Part shown: one piece after another, positions 62,494 to 64,000 of the stretch
Layout: the number at the start of each line of letters is the position of its first letter
Numbering within the stretch: the first letter of the stretch is position 1
DNA from: Lama guanicoe
Taxonomy: Eukaryota
Direction: 5' to 3'
Length of the DNA stretch: 64,000 bases
NCBI GenBank assembly: GCA_013239625.1
Contig: MU053653.1
Location: 62,001-126,000, forward strand
Made by a program: the position numbers and the translations under genes
Notes under the pieces: model-generated
Database searches by the model: none
What the model was told of the DNA's origin: nothing
The model's input: the letters and a program-made list of their open reading frames with translations, nothing else

Positions 62494-64000
62494 CTGCAGG
62501 AGGGTGTGGAAGGAGAGTCCTGGCTCGGGCACTGTGCAGGTTGGGGGTGCGCCAGAGAACACTCCAGAGAACATTCCAGAGACAGAGGAAGGGTCTCTGG
62601 GGAACCAGTCTCCTCCGAGAGGTCATTTAGTCAACGTGCCAAGACTAGGGTTAGGCTGGAGGGTAGAGGGGACCCACACAAGTAACAGGAGACAAGTCAG
62701 CTCCTTGGAGAGATACACGGGAGGGAGGTCTAGCTCTGGGGAGACTGACCTGGGTTCCCACGCCACAGCAAAGGTGACCTCCCAGGAAGTAAACATGGAT
62801 GGGAGGAGGGAAGGTGGGGGCTGGTCATGGCGAGACCAGTTTAGAGTAAGACTGAGGGCAAGATGGCCCAGAGGGAGGGCAGCCCAGCGGTCGGAAGGAC
62901 CAGAGTGTCAGAGGAGCAGCCCAGTCGGGGGGCAGGAGGGAGCAGCGTCAAAGGAGCTGGTGCGCTGGCTGGGCCCACACTGCCCTTCTGCCTCCGGAAG
63001 GTGTGAGTCCAGGGTGGAAGGGGTCTGGGGAGCTGCAGTCCCTTCCCTGGGGTCACGTCAGGGAAGACATGCTCCCTCCTGAAAAACCCAATTTTTTAGG
63101 CCAGTGTGTAGCCAGACTTTCGATCATGCTGCCCAAGAGTGAAAATGACTGTGAAAAGTATTATTACAACATATGCTAGACAGTGTAAAAAAATACACAA
63201 ATACAAGGGAAAATCTCATGAGAAGGAAATGAACATGAACAGTTTTGATATTTCCTTCTTGGACCCCAGTGGCTTGAGCACACCGATTTTGGGATGGGCT
63301 CCGTGAGGCCAGAGTGTTCCCTGTTCTCTGACCAGGGTAGTAGGGGTAACGGGTAAGGGAGTTTGCCCATTAAAATCAGGGGTGAGTTTTAGGTGCTACC
63401 CATGAAACCAGCCGCACCTCTGGGGAGCTGATCCGTATGTGATCCCATGATACGTCAGAGGTGAGCCCTGCCTCTAAGTAGCTGAGTTTTGTCGATAACC
63501 TGGTTTGCTCTCTGCACTTCACTCTCTTCATGTGTAAAGGGGGCAGCTTTGACATTCTGGGGACCAGAGGCAGGCCAGGCAGTGTGTCAGGCTCCACGCA
63601 GGGCACTGGGAGGCCACCTGAAGGCCTTGGGCTGGGCAGCAGCTCTGTGTGGGAAGGAGGCTGTCTCTGAGGGTGGGAGGGCTTGCGTCTGCAGGGAAGT
63701 TCGAGAAACAGAGATGATGGGGCAGGTTTGGTTTTCTTGGCTAGGAGGGCAGGCGGGAGGGGGCCCAGCTCCTCACAGACCTGAGTAAGGGTGCTGGGAG
63801 CCAGGGCCGGGTGGCCACGTGAAGGACAGACGCCCAGACCTGTCTAGGGAGCAGCTCCTTGTCCAAGCTGAGCGCCCTCAGCCGAGCTCAGACTTGCAAG
63901 GCCTGGGAGCCAGGCTGGTGAGCGGTTTTCAAATGTCAGTGACTGTCAGAAACATTTGGAGGCCTGAGGAGACCCAGCTGCTGGGTCCCCCTCCCGGAGT

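Noticed and set aside
1..64000. CRISPR arrays, operons, rRNA or functional tRNA genes
   Set aside because: The DNA is mammalian; no repeat-spacer array or rRNA was seen, and the only tRNA-like sequence is a decayed SINE.

Overview
Mammalian genomic DNA, most likely a camelid (Vic-1-type tRNA-derived SINE, camelid-type L1 3' ends). Almost all of the ORF track is spurious; the real genes are spliced and all lie on the minus strand. The left end holds the CpG-island promoter and coding exons 1-2 of ATP12A (non-gastric H+/K+-ATPase alpha), which runs off the window. Upstream, in the same orientation, I reconstructed three exon chains by hand from splice signals and intron phase. (A) ~2.1-15.6 kb: a heavily decayed gene with patchy resemblance to the middle of GREB1/GREB1L. 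(B) ~26.8-39.2 kb: a decayed gene I cannot name, with a U6 snRNA retrocopy in its putative last exon. (C) ~46.5-62.5 kb, continuing beyond the window: the 3' part of a large Cys-rich single-pass membrane protein gene of the mouse Gm9195/Gm32742 type, nearly intact but carrying a frameshift, a nonsense codon and a broken splice donor. Also present: an L1 that keeps ORF1 but lacks most of ORF2, several solo LTRs and older repeats, a 960-N gap, and two ~2 kb near-identical duplications beside the gap that are probably assembly artefacts. Family names rest on remembered sequences, not database searches.
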